Positions 1 through 15,702 of a stretch of DNA of 64,000 nucleotides are shown one piece after another. Source of the stretch: Pelagibacteraceae bacterium (GTDB taxonomy: Bacteria > Pseudomonadota > Alphaproteobacteria > Pelagibacterales > Pelagibacteraceae); contig JALEGD010000001.1 of assembly GCA_022763425.1 (NCBI GenBank), positions 508,572-572,571 of the forward strand, read 5' to 3'. Within the stretch, counting starts at the first letter, position 1, and every line of letters begins with the position of its first letter. A program made the position numbers and the translations under genes. The notes beneath the pieces were generated by a model. It was not told the DNA's origin. It did not search any database and saw only the letters and a program-made list of their open reading frames with translations.

Positions 1-524
1 TAAATAATACTTTTTTAAGAAATTTATTGGGAAAAAATATAAAAATTCATAAAAATTATCATAATCAAATTAAAAACAAACTTCCGCATCGCGTTGAATT
101 TTTTTATAAAAAAAATAATTTTAAATTTATAAATGATTCAAAATCCACAAATTTTGAGGCAACCAAATTTGCTATACAGAAATTTAAGAATATTATTCTC
201 ATAATTGGAGGTCTGCTAAAAAGAGGAGATAGTTACAATCTTAAAAATTTAAGTAACAATTTGGTGGATATCTATATATTTGGAAAAAAAAATAATATTA
301 TTCAAAAAAGTTTAAAAAAACAAAAAATACGATTTATTTGTTTTGATAATTTAAGAGCTACTTTAAAGAATATTTACAAAAAACACTATTTGGAAAATAA
401 AAAAAGTAAAAAAAATTTTACAGTATTATTTAGTCCTGCAGCCGCATCTTTTGACCAATTTAAGAATTTTGAAGACAGGGGTAACAAATTTAAAAAATAT
501 ACTTATGAGTTTTTTAAAAACTAG
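1..524 (+). CDS. murD: UDP-N-acetylmuramoylalanine--D-glutamate ligase, C-terminal fragment (gene runs off the 5' window edge)
   Basis: The frame is open from nt 3 to the TAG at 522-524, with no stop upstream of the track's TTG at 27. It carries the Mur-ligase C-terminal motif 'VLFSPAAASFDQFKNFEDRGNKF'. It lies directly upstream of ftsW, as in dcw clusters. Confidence 0.8.
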   Translation, partial: NNTFLRNLLGKNIKIHKNYHNQIKNKLPHRVEFFYKKNNFKFINDSKSTNFEATKFAIQKFKNIILIIGGLLKRGDSYNLKNLSNNLVDIYIFGKKNNIIQKSLKKQKIRFICFDNLRATLKNIYKKHYLENKKSKKNFTVLFSPAAASFDQFKNFEDRGNKFKKYTYEFFKN

Positions 525-1614
525 TAACACTTTTTTATTTAAATGGTTTTTAAGCATCGATAAGATCATTTTGTTTTTGCTGATTACATGGATTACTCTT
601 GGAGTAATTTTTAATTCAAATTCGACTTTAAATTTTGTATCTTCTAAATTATATAATGATCCAAAAATTTTAATTAATAAATTTTATTTATTTATATTTT
701 TAGGTTCATTAGTAATTTTTTTTTCATCTATATTTAATGAAAATTTTTATAAGCAATCTGGTAAATTTTTTTTTTTAATATCTTTTTTTCTTTTATTTCT
801 AACATTAATAATCGGAGTAGAAGTAAAAGGGTCAAAAAGATGGTTAAATTTTATTTTTTTAAATCTTCAACCAGTTGAGCTTTTAAAGCCGTCTTTAATA
901 ATTTACTTATCAAGTATATTTTCTAGTGATATTAAATTTGCTTATAAATTGTTATTATCTGGTTTCATTTCTTTTATTAGTGTATTGATACTTCTTTTAC
1001 AGCCCGATTATACGCAATCATTAATTATATTAGTCATCTGGTTTACTTTAGTGTTCATGTCCGGAGTAAATTTGGGAATACTATTTTCTTTTTTTTTCTT
1101 AATTGCGGGGTTTATGATATCGATCTTGATAATTTTTAAACAAAAATTTTCATACATAATTTTAAGGTTCGAAAAATGGGTTAACGCAAATGATATTTCC
1201 TATCAATCTGAAAAATCTTTAGATGCAATTCAGCATGGTGGTTTTTTTGGCCAGGGTATTGGAGAAGGTATTTTAAAAGAGAGAATACCCGAGTCTCATA
1301 CTGATTATGTATTGGCATCTATAAGTGAAGAATATGGAATTATAATAATAATATTTATTTTAATAATTGTTTTTTCTTTATTTATGAGAGTTTTTGCAAT
1401 TTGTCAGAGAGAAATTTCAAATTTCAAAAAATATACTTTGGTAACTTTGTCCACCATTATACTGCTGCAAATATTTATTAATATTGGAGTTACAATTAAT
1501 TTGCTACCGTCAACAGGCATGACTTTCTCTTTTATAAGTTATGGAGGTTCATCAATTATAACAAGTTCCTTCATAATGGGAATAATTTTAGCATTAACAA
1601 GAATAAAGAATTAA
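505..1614 (+). CDS. ftsW: SEDS-family cell division protein FtsW (lipid II flippase / peptidoglycan glycosyltransferase)
   Basis: Polytopic membrane protein with 'PESHTDYVLASISEEYG' and 'PSTGMTFSFISYGGSS' SEDS motifs. The track ORF starts at 451, inside murD. The in-frame ATG at 505 (MSFLKTS...) is the more plausible start. Confidence 0.85.
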   Translation: MSFLKTSNTFLFKWFLSIDKIILFLLITWITLGVIFNSNSTLNFVSSKLYNDPKILINKFYLFIFLGSLVIFFSSIFNENFYKQSGKFFFLISFFLLFLTLIIGVEVKGSKRWLNFIFLNLQPVELLKPSLIIYLSSIFSSDIKFAYKLLLSGFISFISVLILLLQPDYTQSLIILVIWFTLVFMSGVNLGILFSFFFLIAGFMISILIIFKQKFSYIILRFEKWVNANDISYQSEKSLDAIQHGGFFGQGIGEGILKERIPESHTDYVLASISEEYGIIIIIFILIIVFSLFMRVFAICQREISNFKKYTLVTLSTIILLQIFINIGVTINLLPSTGMTFSFISYGGSSIITSSFIMGIILALTRIKN

Positions 1615-1652
1615 AATAGACGTTTAATCTAATAGCTTTAAAATATAATTAA

Positions 1653-3047
1653 ATGGATATTCAAATTAATAAAAAAAGTACAGTTTATTTTATTGGCATT
1701 GGCGGTATAGGCATGAGCGGAATAGCTCTAATTATGAAAAGTTTAGGCTACAATGTTCATGGAAGTGATTTAAATAATTCAGGTAAAGTTATTGAAGAAT
1801 TAAAAAAAAATAAAATTAAAATTGTCAGAGGTCATAAAACAAAATCTATTTTGAGTGCAGATATTGTGGTAATTTCGACTGCAATAAAATCTGATAATTT
1901 AGAGTTTAAACTAGCAAAAAAAAATAAAAAGTTAATTGTTAAAAGAGCTGATATGTTAGCTCATTTAATTAATTTAAAAAAGAATATTATAATTTCGGGA
2001 TCTCATGGGAAAACTACAATTACCTCTTTGGTTTCCCATTTGCTTAAAAGCAATATGTTTTTTCCGACAATAGTAAATGGTGGTATCATAAATTCTATTA
2101 AATCCAATGCATCACTTGGTAAAGGCGAGTGGGCAGTGGTAGAGGCCGATGAGTCAGATGGCAGTTTTTTAAAATTTAAAAGTATTTTTTCAATAGTCAG
2201 TAATATTGATATTGAGCATATGGATTATTACAAAACTTATAAAAATCTAATGAATAGTTTTAAAATTTTTTTAGATAAAACTCCTTTATTAGGAAAAAAT
2301 ATTATCTGTGCTGATGATGATAATATAAAAAAAATTGTCAAAGAATTAAATAAAAAAAATTTTTTAACTTATGGATTTTCAAAAAATTCAAACCTTCAAT
2401 GCAAAAATATTCGAAATATTAATATGGGTATGAAATTTGATATTTCCATAAATTTTCTAGGAAAAAAAAAGTTAGTAAAAAATGTATGTATTAATCTTTT
2501 GGGTATGCATAATGTTCTTAATGCAACAGCAACTTTTGCAATTGGACTAATGTTAAATATTAAAATTGATAGTATAAAAAAATCTTTGATTAGTTTTTCT
2601 GGAGTTCAGAGAAGACTCACGCTAGTTTATCAAAAAAATAATTCATTAATCTACGATGACTATGCGCATCATCCTACAGAAATCAAAGCAGTATTAAGCG
2701 CGTGTAAAAATAATTTTAAAAATAAAAAAATAATTGCTATTTTTCAACCACATCGTTTCTCAAGAGTTTCATCTTTGTATAAAGATTTTATTACATCATT
2801 TGTAAATGCAGATGAGGTTTTGGTTTGCCCAGTATATTCTGCAGGTGAAAAAAATAATAATTTTAATTTTGATAGGTTTTGCAAAAATATAATCTTAAAA
2901 TCAAAAGCAAAAGTTATTCAAACAAAATCCAAAATTGATATAGAAAATTATATAAACAAAAATTTTAAAAAAAACCAAGTTATAATTGCTATGGGTGCTG
3001 GAAATATAAGTTATTGGATAAGAGAAATTTCAAATAAAATTAAATGA
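1653..3047 (+). CDS. murC: UDP-N-acetylmuramate--L-alanine ligase
   Basis: Motifs 'YFIGIGGIGMSGIA', P-loop 'GSHGKTTITS' and 'DDYAHHPTEI'; dcw context. Confidence 0.95.
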   Translation: MDIQINKKSTVYFIGIGGIGMSGIALIMKSLGYNVHGSDLNNSGKVIEELKKNKIKIVRGHKTKSILSADIVVISTAIKSDNLEFKLAKKNKKLIVKRADMLAHLINLKKNIIISGSHGKTTITSLVSHLLKSNMFFPTIVNGGIINSIKSNASLGKGEWAVVEADESDGSFLKFKSIFSIVSNIDIEHMDYYKTYKNLMNSFKIFLDKTPLLGKNIICADDDNIKKIVKELNKKNFLTYGFSKNSNLQCKNIRNINMGMKFDISINFLGKKKLVKNVCINLLGMHNVLNATATFAIGLMLNIKIDSIKKSLISFSGVQRRLTLVYQKNNSLIYDDYAHHPTEIKAVLSACKNNFKNKKIIAIFQPHRFSRVSSLYKDFITSFVNADEVLVCPVYSAGEKNNNFNFDRFCKNIILKSKAKVIQTKSKIDIENYINKNFKKNQVIIAMGAGNISYWIREISNKIK

Positions 3048-3907
3048 ATAAATTAAAACTCAATTATAATTTATCCAAAAATAGTTGGTTTGGTTTGGGT
3101 GGGAACGCTAGAAAATTTTTTACGCCAGATAATGAACAAGAATTAGCTGATTATATTTTAAAAAATAATAGTGAAAAGTATTATATGATTGGATCTGGTT
3201 CTAATATTTTATTTAGAGACAAGGGGTGCAAAGAAACAATAATTAAACTTGGAAGAGGTTTTAGAAGTATTGAAATAAAAAATAACAAAATTATTTGTGG
3301 TGCTGCGGTTTTAAAAAATCAACTATCAATATTTGCATTAGATAATGAAATTACTAATTATGAATTTTTGAGTTGTATTCCTGGCACAATAGGTGGAGGG
3401 ATTATTATGAATGCCGGATGTTTCGGTTATGAGTTTAAAGATATTGTAGATGAAGTGAAGGGAATTAGTAAAAAAAATTTTAAATTAATAAGTTATAATA
3501 AATCAGATATAAAATTTTTGTATCGCAAAACTATTTTTCCAGACGATTTATTGATAACAAAAGTAATCTTTAATATTAATTTTGGATCAAGTGAAAAAAT
3601 TAGAGAAAAAATTGAAATCTTTAAAAAAAAGAAAGAAACAGCCCAACCGTCTAGAATTAGGACTGGTGGAAGCACATTTAAAAATCCTGACTCAAAAAAT
3701 AAAGCCTGGGAATTAATTCAAAAAAGCGGATGTGATAAAGTAAATTTTGGTAGTGCTAAATTTTCAAAAATACATTGCAACTTTATTGAAAACCAAGGCA
3801 ATTCAAGTGCAGATATTGAGAAATTAATTAATTTCACAATTGATGAAGTTAAAAAAAAATTTAATATAATTTTAGAACCTGAAATCAAAATTATTGGTGA
3901 AAAATAA
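3044..3907 (+). CDS. murB: UDP-N-acetylenolpyruvoylglucosamine reductase
   Basis: Motifs 'GSGSNILF' and 'RTGGSTFKNP'; 4-nt overlap with the murC stop. Confidence 0.9.
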   Translation: MNKLKLNYNLSKNSWFGLGGNARKFFTPDNEQELADYILKNNSEKYYMIGSGSNILFRDKGCKETIIKLGRGFRSIEIKNNKIICGAAVLKNQLSIFALDNEITNYEFLSCIPGTIGGGIIMNAGCFGYEFKDIVDEVKGISKKNFKLISYNKSDIKFLYRKTIFPDDLLITKVIFNINFGSSEKIREKIEIFKKKKETAQPSRIRTGGSTFKNPDSKNKAWELIQKSGCDKVNFGSAKFSKIHCNFIENQGNSSADIEKLINFTIDEVKKKFNIILEPEIKIIGEK

Positions 3908-4811
3908 ACAAAAAATACTTGTTTTAATGGGCGGCAAATCCAGAGAAAGACCGGTCAGTATTCAGTCTGGCAAAGCTTGTTATGAAGCATTAAAGAAACT
4001 TGGCTATGTAGTTTGCAAGTATGACCCTTTAAAAAATATATCAAACAATATTAAAAAATTTAAACCAGATAAAATTTTTAACTGTTTGCATGGAAAATAT
4101 GGTGAAGATGGGCAAATACAAAAAATATTAGAAAAATTAAAAATACCTTACACACATTCTGGAGTAAAAGCCTCAAAAATAGCTATGGATAAAATTAGGT
4201 CTAAAAAAATATTTATTAAAAAAAAAATTAACACACCTAATTTTAAAATTGTCAAAAAGGTTTCTGATATTGATAAAGAAATTGGAAAATCAAAATTTAT
4301 TTTAAAACCAGCGAATGAAGGTTCAAGTTTTGGGGTAAAAATTTTTAAAAAACAACCTAACCCAGACAATGTTGATATTAAAAAGCTTTTAAAACAATAT
4401 AAGACTTTAATTCAAGAACCTTATATAGATGGTAGAGAGATACAGACTGCCGTTTTAGGAAATAGAGTGATTGGATCAGTGGAAATTATTCCAAAAAGAA
4501 ATTTTTACGATTACAAAGCAAAATATTTGTCTTCAGCCAAGACCAAGCATGTAATACCGCCAAAAATTTCTAAAAAATTACATTATAAAATAAAGAAAAT
4601 GGCATTAAAAGCTCATCGTGCTTTAAATTGTAGAGGTGTCACTAGGTCGGACTTTAGAGTTATGCCAAATAATAAAGTTTTTATATTAGAAATAAATACA
4701 CAGCCTGGGATGACTAAATTATCATTAGTCCCCGAGATTGCAGTAAATTTTGGTTTAAGTTTTACTGAATTAGTTGATTGGATAGTCAAAGATGCTAGCA
4801 TCAAAAGGTAA
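3894..4811 (+). CDS. ddl: D-alanine--D-alanine ligase
   Basis: Motifs 'ILVLMGGKSRERPVSIQSG', 'LHGKYGEDGQIQ' and ATP-grasp 'EINTQPGMT'. The start is non-ATG (TTG 3894 or GTG 3897) and overlaps the murB end. Confidence 0.9.
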   Translation: MVKNKQKILVLMGGKSRERPVSIQSGKACYEALKKLGYVVCKYDPLKNISNNIKKFKPDKIFNCLHGKYGEDGQIQKILEKLKIPYTHSGVKASKIAMDKIRSKKIFIKKKINTPNFKIVKKVSDIDKEIGKSKFILKPANEGSSFGVKIFKKQPNPDNVDIKKLLKQYKTLIQEPYIDGREIQTAVLGNRVIGSVEIIPKRNFYDYKAKYLSSAKTKHVIPPKISKKLHYKIKKMALKAHRALNCRGVTRSDFRVMPNNKVFILEINTQPGMTKLSLVPEIAVNFGLSFTELVDWIVKDASIKR

Positions 4812-5463
4812 AAAAAATTTTTTTTTTTATTTAATTTTGTTTTTATTATTTACAACTTTTCAAATTAACCAAAATAATACTTTTCCATTTTTTTTAATTA
4901 AAAAAGTTACATTTCTTGACGCAGGTAACTTTGAGGAGAATATAAAAAATAATATTACAGAAAGTTTAATAGGCAGAAATTTATTTAATATTAAAAAGCA
5001 AAAAATAGATTTGTTATTTACAGATAGTCGATGGGTAAAAAGTTATTTAATAAAAAAAAAATATCCTGAAGAAATATTTTTTCAAATATCTGAATATAAG
5101 CCTTTGGCAATTCATCAAAAAAAAGATAATTTGTACTTAATTAACGATAATTTTTTAATCACAGATAAAATTTTAAACAAAAATCATAATTTAGATCTTA
5201 TTATTATTATAGGAGAATACAGTAAAAAAAATTTCAAAAAACTTTATAAGGAGGCATTACAACATGATTTTCTTAAAGACTTAATTTCTATTAAATTTTT
5301 AAATTTAGATAGAGTTGAGTTATTTTTTAAAGACAATATTCATATAAAATTAGGTAAATATAGTTATGCAAGTCAATTTAATATTATAAGCAAAATTATA
5401 AAAAATAATAATTATTACAAATTAATTGATTTAAGAAATGAAGGTACGGTTATAGTCAAATGA
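4792..5463 (+). CDS. ftsQ: Cell division protein FtsQ (divergent, K/N-rich)
   Basis: Single N-terminal TM helix followed by a POTRA-like region. The call rests mainly on the conserved slot between ddl and ftsA and on size (223 aa). Confidence 0.7.
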   Translation: MLASKGKKNFFFYLILFLLFTTFQINQNNTFPFFLIKKVTFLDAGNFEENIKNNITESLIGRNLFNIKKQKIDLLFTDSRWVKSYLIKKKYPEEIFFQISEYKPLAIHQKKDNLYLINDNFLITDKILNKNHNLDLIIIIGEYSKKNFKKLYKEALQHDFLKDLISIKFLNLDRVELFFKDNIHIKLGKYSYASQFNIISKIIKNNNYYKLIDLRNEGTVIVK

Positions 5464-6665
5464 TAGGTGAGAAAATTGCTATTTTAGATTTAGGTTCATA
5501 TAAGATAAAACTTTTATTAATATCTTTAGATAAGAACAATTATATTGATATACATGCAAAAAGTTCAACTTTTTCATCTGGAATAAAAAAGGGCAATGTA
5601 GTTAATATAGATAAACTTAGTTTAGCAATTAAATCCTGCATACAATCAATACAGAAAGAATTAAAAATTGAAATTAAAGAAGTATACGTAGGTATTAATT
5701 CTATTAATTTTAATTTTACAACTTTCGGAGTAAGTAGAGATATAGGATCTTATGAAATTGAAGAAAAAAAAGATTTACAAAACTTGATTAATCTTGCTTC
5801 TGGTATTTTTTATCATCAAAATTCAAATAAAAAAATAATACATTTTCTAAACTCAGGGTTTTTTTTAGATAAATATAATAATGTTGAAAATCCAATAGGC
5901 TTAAAGTCTAATTCTTTAGATGTGAATTTTAGTTTTTTAAGTTTAGATAAAAATTTAATCTCAAATTATGAAAAGGCTATAAATAAATCTGGTTTAAAAG
6001 TAAAAAGATTTTTTTATTCTCCGTTTGCTTCTAGTATTTTGTCTTCAAACCAAGAAACGCTAGAAAAGGGTTTTATAAATATAGATTTTGGATTTGATAA
6101 AACTTCAATTACACTTTTTGAGAATTCTAAACTTTTATTTTCGAAAATAATTCCTATTGGATCATTTCATATTAATAATGATCTAATTAAAGCAATTGAT
6201 ATCGATAAAAACTTGGCCGAGGATATAAAATATCGTTATGAGGATATTAAAAATAATGTAATAGACAAAAAGATATTATCAGAACTAAATAAAAGAAAAA
6301 TATCATCAGATATGGTTATCAAAATCATTAATGCAAGAGTTGATGAGATTATAGACTATATTTATGATACAATTTTATTATGTAAGTCTATAAATAGATC
6401 AGCAAGAAAAATAATTATAACTGGTGGCGGATCTGATTTAAAAGTTTTTTCATCAAAACTTTCAAAAATAATAAAAAGCCCAATTGATTATGCAAAACAA
6501 TCTTTTCCTGTAAAAGATACTGAGTTTAATGTATTTTCAGACTTCATGGTCTGTCTTGGTATAGCTAAACTGATTTATTTCCCTAATAAAGATGAAATAA
6601 AAAGTTTTGAAAATATAAATAAAGGTTTTTTTGAAAAATTTTATAGCCTGTTCCTAAAAAATTAG
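5460..6665 (+). CDS. ftsA: Cell division protein FtsA (actin-like ATPase)
   Basis: Motifs 'IAILDLGSYKIK' (phosphate-1) and 'IITGGGSDL'; ATGA overlap with ftsQ. Confidence 0.85.
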   Translation: MIGEKIAILDLGSYKIKLLLISLDKNNYIDIHAKSSTFSSGIKKGNVVNIDKLSLAIKSCIQSIQKELKIEIKEVYVGINSINFNFTTFGVSRDIGSYEIEEKKDLQNLINLASGIFYHQNSNKKIIHFLNSGFFLDKYNNVENPIGLKSNSLDVNFSFLSLDKNLISNYEKAINKSGLKVKRFFYSPFASSILSSNQETLEKGFINIDFGFDKTSITLFENSKLLFSKIIPIGSFHINNDLIKAIDIDKNLAEDIKYRYEDIKNNVIDKKILSELNKRKISSDMVIKIINARVDEIIDYIYDTILLCKSINRSARKIIITGGGSDLKVFSSKLSKIIKSPIDYAKQSFPVKDTEFNVFSDFMVCLGIAKLIYFPNKDEIKSFENINKGFFEKFYSLFLKN

Positions 6666-6718
6666 ATTGAAATATAAATTGAGTAGCAAACAAATTTTTT
6701 TTCTGCATTTTTCATTTA

Positions 6719-7576
6719 ATGCATTTATTTCAAAAAACAATTTTAAAACCATTAATCTTTTCTGGCGTAGGATTGCATAGCGGTGAATCAGTTGTTATTA
6801 AATTACTACCAGCCCCAGAAAACAGTGGTATAAATTTTATTTATAAAAATAAAAAAATTGAAGCACTATGGAAAAATGCAATTATTAGCCAGTTATGTAC
6901 TAAGTTAAAAAAAAATAATCTTTATCTATCTACTATTGAACATTTAATGTCTGCATTAAGCGGCCTAGGTGTTTCAAATATTATTGTAAAGATTTCATCA
7001 TCTGAAATTCCGATAATGGATGGAAGTTCAAAAGATTTTGTAGAAAAAATTTTAGAGGACGGTTTAAAAAAGCAAAATAAAGAAATAAAATTTATTAAAG
7101 TAAGAAAAAAAATATCTTTTACAGCTGAGAATAAATATATTGAAATTGAGCCTACAAATAAAAAAAAATTAATAATAGATTATACTATTGACTACCAAGA
7201 TGAATTTATAAAAAAACAAAACCTAATTTATGAACATTCTGAGGAAAATTATATGGAAATTTATAAGGCTAGGACGTTTTGCTTGCATAAAGATTTAGAA
7301 AAAATTTTTTCTCTTGGATTGGCTAAGGGTGGCTCTTTAGATAACGCAATTGTAGTTTCTGGAAAAAAAATACTTAATCAAGGGGGATTACGTTATGATA
7401 ATGAATTTGTTAAGCATAAAATTTTAGATTGTGTTGGTGATTTATATTTAGCTGGTAGCCACATTATTGGAAAATTAAAAACTTTTGGAGGAGGCCATGA
7501 ATTAAATTTGATGATTTTAAAAGAATTATTTAAAAATAAAAGTAATTTTGAAATTATAAATTCAAGTTCAGTTTAA
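6719..7576 (+). CDS. lpxC: UDP-3-O-acyl-N-acetylglucosamine deacetylase
   Basis: Motifs 'SGVGLHSG', 'TIEHLMSALSGLG' and 'HKILDCVGDLYLAG'. Confidence 0.93.
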   Translation: MHLFQKTILKPLIFSGVGLHSGESVVIKLLPAPENSGINFIYKNKKIEALWKNAIISQLCTKLKKNNLYLSTIEHLMSALSGLGVSNIIVKISSSEIPIMDGSSKDFVEKILEDGLKKQNKEIKFIKVRKKISFTAENKYIEIEPTNKKKLIIDYTIDYQDEFIKKQNLIYEHSEENYMEIYKARTFCLHKDLEKIFSLGLAKGGSLDNAIVVSGKKILNQGGLRYDNEFVKHKILDCVGDLYLAGSHIIGKLKTFGGGHELNLMILKELFKNKSNFEIINSSSV

Positions 7577-7583
7577 CTTACAA

Positions 7584-12071
<4,488 letters not shown>

Positions 12072-12079
<8 letters not shown>

Positions 12080-14300
12080 TAGATGCTTTTTGAATAAATT
12101 TATCTATTACCTTTTTTTCACCTTGCTCTTTAAAGTTTATAAGTAATTTGTTTCCATCTATATGAATAATTTTTCCTAAACCAAAACCTTCATGTTTCAC
12201 AGTTTCACCTACAGTAAAATCTGTAAAATTTTCAGTGTAAGAAATAGTTTTTATATTTTCCTCATTTTTATTTACAATGTTGCTCTTTAATCTATTCCAA
12301 CCTGGGCTATTTTTTTTCCCCTCAATATTGAAATCTTGATCAAAGATAAATTCATCCTCTGTAGAATTATCAATTGATATCTCAGTATATTTATTGTCTA
12401 TTTCGTCGATAAAGCGAGACTGCAATGAAGAATAAAAGTCATGATTATCATTTTGTCTTCCATAAAATTTTCTTTGATTTGCAAAAGAAATAAATAATTC
12501 TTTTTTTGCCCTTGTAATAGCTACATAAGCTAATCTTCTTTCCTCTTCTATACCGTCTGCTCCTTTTTCATCAATTGACTTTTGATGTGGAAACAAACCT
12601 TCCTCCCAACCAGGTAAAAAAACTGCATCAAATTCTAAACCTTTAGCTGAATGAATAGTCATAATATTGATTTTTTCACCATCCCATTCTTCATCTATTG
12701 CCGTCTGAAGAGAAATGTTTTCTAAGAACTCATTCAAAGATGAATAGTTCTTCATTGAGGATTTTAATTCTTTTAGATTTTCTAATCTTGCATCAGCTTC
12801 AGGCGTTCTTTCGTTTTTAAGCATAGAAGAGTAACCCGACTCATCTAGCACAATTTCAAGTAATGAAATGTGATCAATATCTTTAGATTTTTGCTTCCAG
12901 GAAATCATATTTACTAAAAAAGATTTAAGATTTTGTATTGTTTTTGGTTTGAGTATATTTTCTTTTAATATTTCTTGAGAAGCATCAAAAAGTGATAAAT
13001 CCTTTTCTCTAGCAAAATCATGAATTTTTTTTATTGAGCTGTCACCTATAGATCTTTTGGGGTTATTAATTATTCTTTCAAATGAGATATCATCAGATGA
13101 CTGATTGATTAGTCTTAAATAACCTAAGGCATCTTTAATTTCTGATCTTTCATAAAATTTTAAACCACCGATAATTCTGTATGGCAGTCCAATTTTTATA
13201 AACCTTTCTTCAAATTCTCTTGTTTGAAATGCAGCTCTTACTAAAATTGAAATTTCATTAAGTTTAAACTTTTTTGATAAATTTTGCTCAATTATATCCG
13301 AGGTACCTGTTGCTTCGCTTATACCATCAAAATAAGATTTAATTTTTACCTTTTCTCCATCACCTAATTCTGACCAAATATTTTTTTCCAGTCTATCTTC
13401 ATTATTTGAAATAAGAGAAGTTGCACTATTTAGTATATTTTCTGTAGATCTATAATTTTGTTCTAATTTTATTGTTTGAGTATTTTGATAATTATTTTTA
13501 AATTCTAATATATTTTTTACTTCAGCACCTCGCCAACTATAAATTGATTGATCATCATCACCCACAACACAAATATTTTTTTTTTCTGAAGTTAATAACT
13601 GAAGCCAAAGATTTTGAACATAATTAGTATCTTGAAATTCATCTACGAGAATATATTTAAAGTTTCTTTGATATATTTTTTTTATATCTTCAAATTTTTT
13701 TAAAATTGTCACAACATGTAAAATTAAGTCACCAAAATCTACACAGTTCATAACTAACAATCTCTTTTGATAGATTTTGTATACCTTAAGTGCATTTACT
13801 AAATTAAATTCTTGATTTTTTAACTTAACTTGATCAGGCAACAAAGCTTTATTTTTCCATTGATCAATATGAAATGCAATTTGTTTAGGTGGATTTTTTT
13901 TAATATCTATATTCTCTGCACTTAAAATATTCTTAATTAACTTAATCTGATCTAAGGTATCAATAATTGTAAAATTTGGTTTTAAACCAACTGCTTCAGC
14001 GTTTTTTCTTAACATTTTATTGCAAATTGAATGAAAAGTTCCAAGCCACGGAAATGCCACTGATTTAGAATTAACTAATTTTAAAACCCGTTCGCGCATT
14101 TCACTTGCAGCTTTGTTTGTGAAAGTCACGCAAAGTATTTGTTGTCCAAAACATTTCTTTTGTTGAATTAAATAAGCAATTCTTGAAGTCAGAACTTTTG
14201 TTTTTCCTGAGCCAGCACCAGCTAGTACTTGCAATGGCCCCTCTGTGCTTGAGACAGCCAATTTTTGTTGATTATTCAATGAATTTAAATAACTAATCAT
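12072..14300 (-). CDS. uvrD: UvrD/Rep/PcrA-family ATP-dependent DNA helicase
   Basis: Walker A 'AGAGSGKT', 'VDEFQDTN', 'QNYRS', 'TIHSAKGLEFD' and 'YVAITRAK'. Confidence 0.85.
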
Positions 14301-14330
14301 TTAATAATTAAATTAGCACATCAAAAAAAA

Positions 14331-15701
14331 ATGTTAAAAAAAAATGCAAAAAAGCTGTTAATATCAATTTTATTTTTAGTTTTTTCTGTAACAGTTTACG
14401 TCTGCTCACCTTTTTTAATTAATTTCAATAATGATAAGAAAACTGAAATTGAAAATTTAATATCTGAGTTAATATTTTATAAAGTTAATATAAAGGGCAA
14501 TATTCAATATAAACTAAATCCCTTGCCCAATTTGGAAATTTCTGAAGTTCATATAACAAATGATGAAGAAAACAGTATTCTCAATAAAATTATTTTAAAT
14601 GTATCTATTTTTGATTTATTAAATAATAAATTCTCATACAAAAATATTCTTATCAATAGTGGAGAATTTATAATTAATCTAAATAATTTGGAAACTTTAT
14701 CAAGCATTGAAGAATTTGATAATAAAAAAATTAATTTTGAAAAGGTAAATATTAAGTTTTTTGATAAAAAACAGACTTTCAGCATAAACGAATTTTCAGG
14801 CAATATTTTATATAAAAATAAAAAAATAGATAAAATAAATGGTAAATTTTATATTGGTGAGATTTTGTTTAAAATTAAATTTAAAGAAAATCAGTTAAGT
14901 TTAAAATCTCCAAAAATAAATTTCAAAGCTAGCATTGAGAATTTTCTAAACCCAAAAAAATTGATAAAATTAGACTACAATAATAGTTCTATTTTTCCAG
15001 GGGTTGATAGTATTTTTGCCTCTTTTACTTATGAGCAAAATAAAAATAGGTTTAGTTTGATTACTAAAGAATTTGAAACAAATATATTTAATGGATCAAT
15101 CAATATAAACAATAATAATGACAAAAATATAATTGTACTCGACGGATATTTTGAAAATTCTAAATTTAAAAAAATTAGTAATACAGACTTGGCAACTTTT
15201 TTATCACAAGACCTTAATTTATTGGCCAATCTTTTCGATGGTAGAGTAAAATTAAGCTTTAATAATTTCAAGAGTGACAAAGAAGTTTTTGAAAATATTA
15301 AATTAAATGTTTTATTTCAAAATGGAGATGTTTTTTTTGAAGATATAGATATTTATTCAGATAATAATTCAATTAATATCAAGGGAAGAAATGTAACATA
15401 TCAAAAAGATAATCTATTATTTTATGATTTTATATTTTCAACAAAAAATTTAAAAATACTTTGTTCACAAATTTGTGATGATAAATCTTTAATTGATAGA
15501 GCTATAGATGGCGAATTTAAACTACAATCAAAAGGAATTTTAAATATTAATAAATCAAAAATAATTGTCCAAGAAAATTTTGTAAATAAGCAGTTTAATG
15601 ACAATGAGCTTCAAAAATTAAATACAAATCTAAATTCGATTGTAATCTTCGGAAAACTAGAAAATTTATTCGATCTACCGAGATATTTTACTTTGTTATA
15701 A
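14331..15701 (+). CDS. AsmA-like envelope protein (N-terminal anchor, short form)
   Basis: N-terminal TM helix followed by an AsmA-like pattern ('...KVNIKGNIQYKLNPLPNLEISEVHITN'). The rest is low-complexity and K/N-rich. The family assignment is tentative. Confidence 0.45.
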   Translation: MLKKNAKKLLISILFLVFSVTVYVCSPFLINFNNDKKTEIENLISELIFYKVNIKGNIQYKLNPLPNLEISEVHITNDEENSILNKIILNVSIFDLLNNKFSYKNILINSGEFIINLNNLETLSSIEEFDNKKINFEKVNIKFFDKKQTFSINEFSGNILYKNKKIDKINGKFYIGEILFKIKFKENQLSLKSPKINFKASIENFLNPKKLIKLDYNNSSIFPGVDSIFASFTYEQNKNRFSLITKEFETNIFNGSININNNNDKNIIVLDGYFENSKFKKISNTDLATFLSQDLNLLANLFDGRVKLSFNNFKSDKEVFENIKLNVLFQNGDVFFEDIDIYSDNNSINIKGRNVTYQKDNLLFYDFIFSTKNLKILCSQICDDKSLIDRAIDGEFKLQSKGILNINKSKIIVQENFVNKQFNDNELQKLNTNLNSIVIFGKLENLFDLPRYFTLL

Positions 15702-15702
15702 A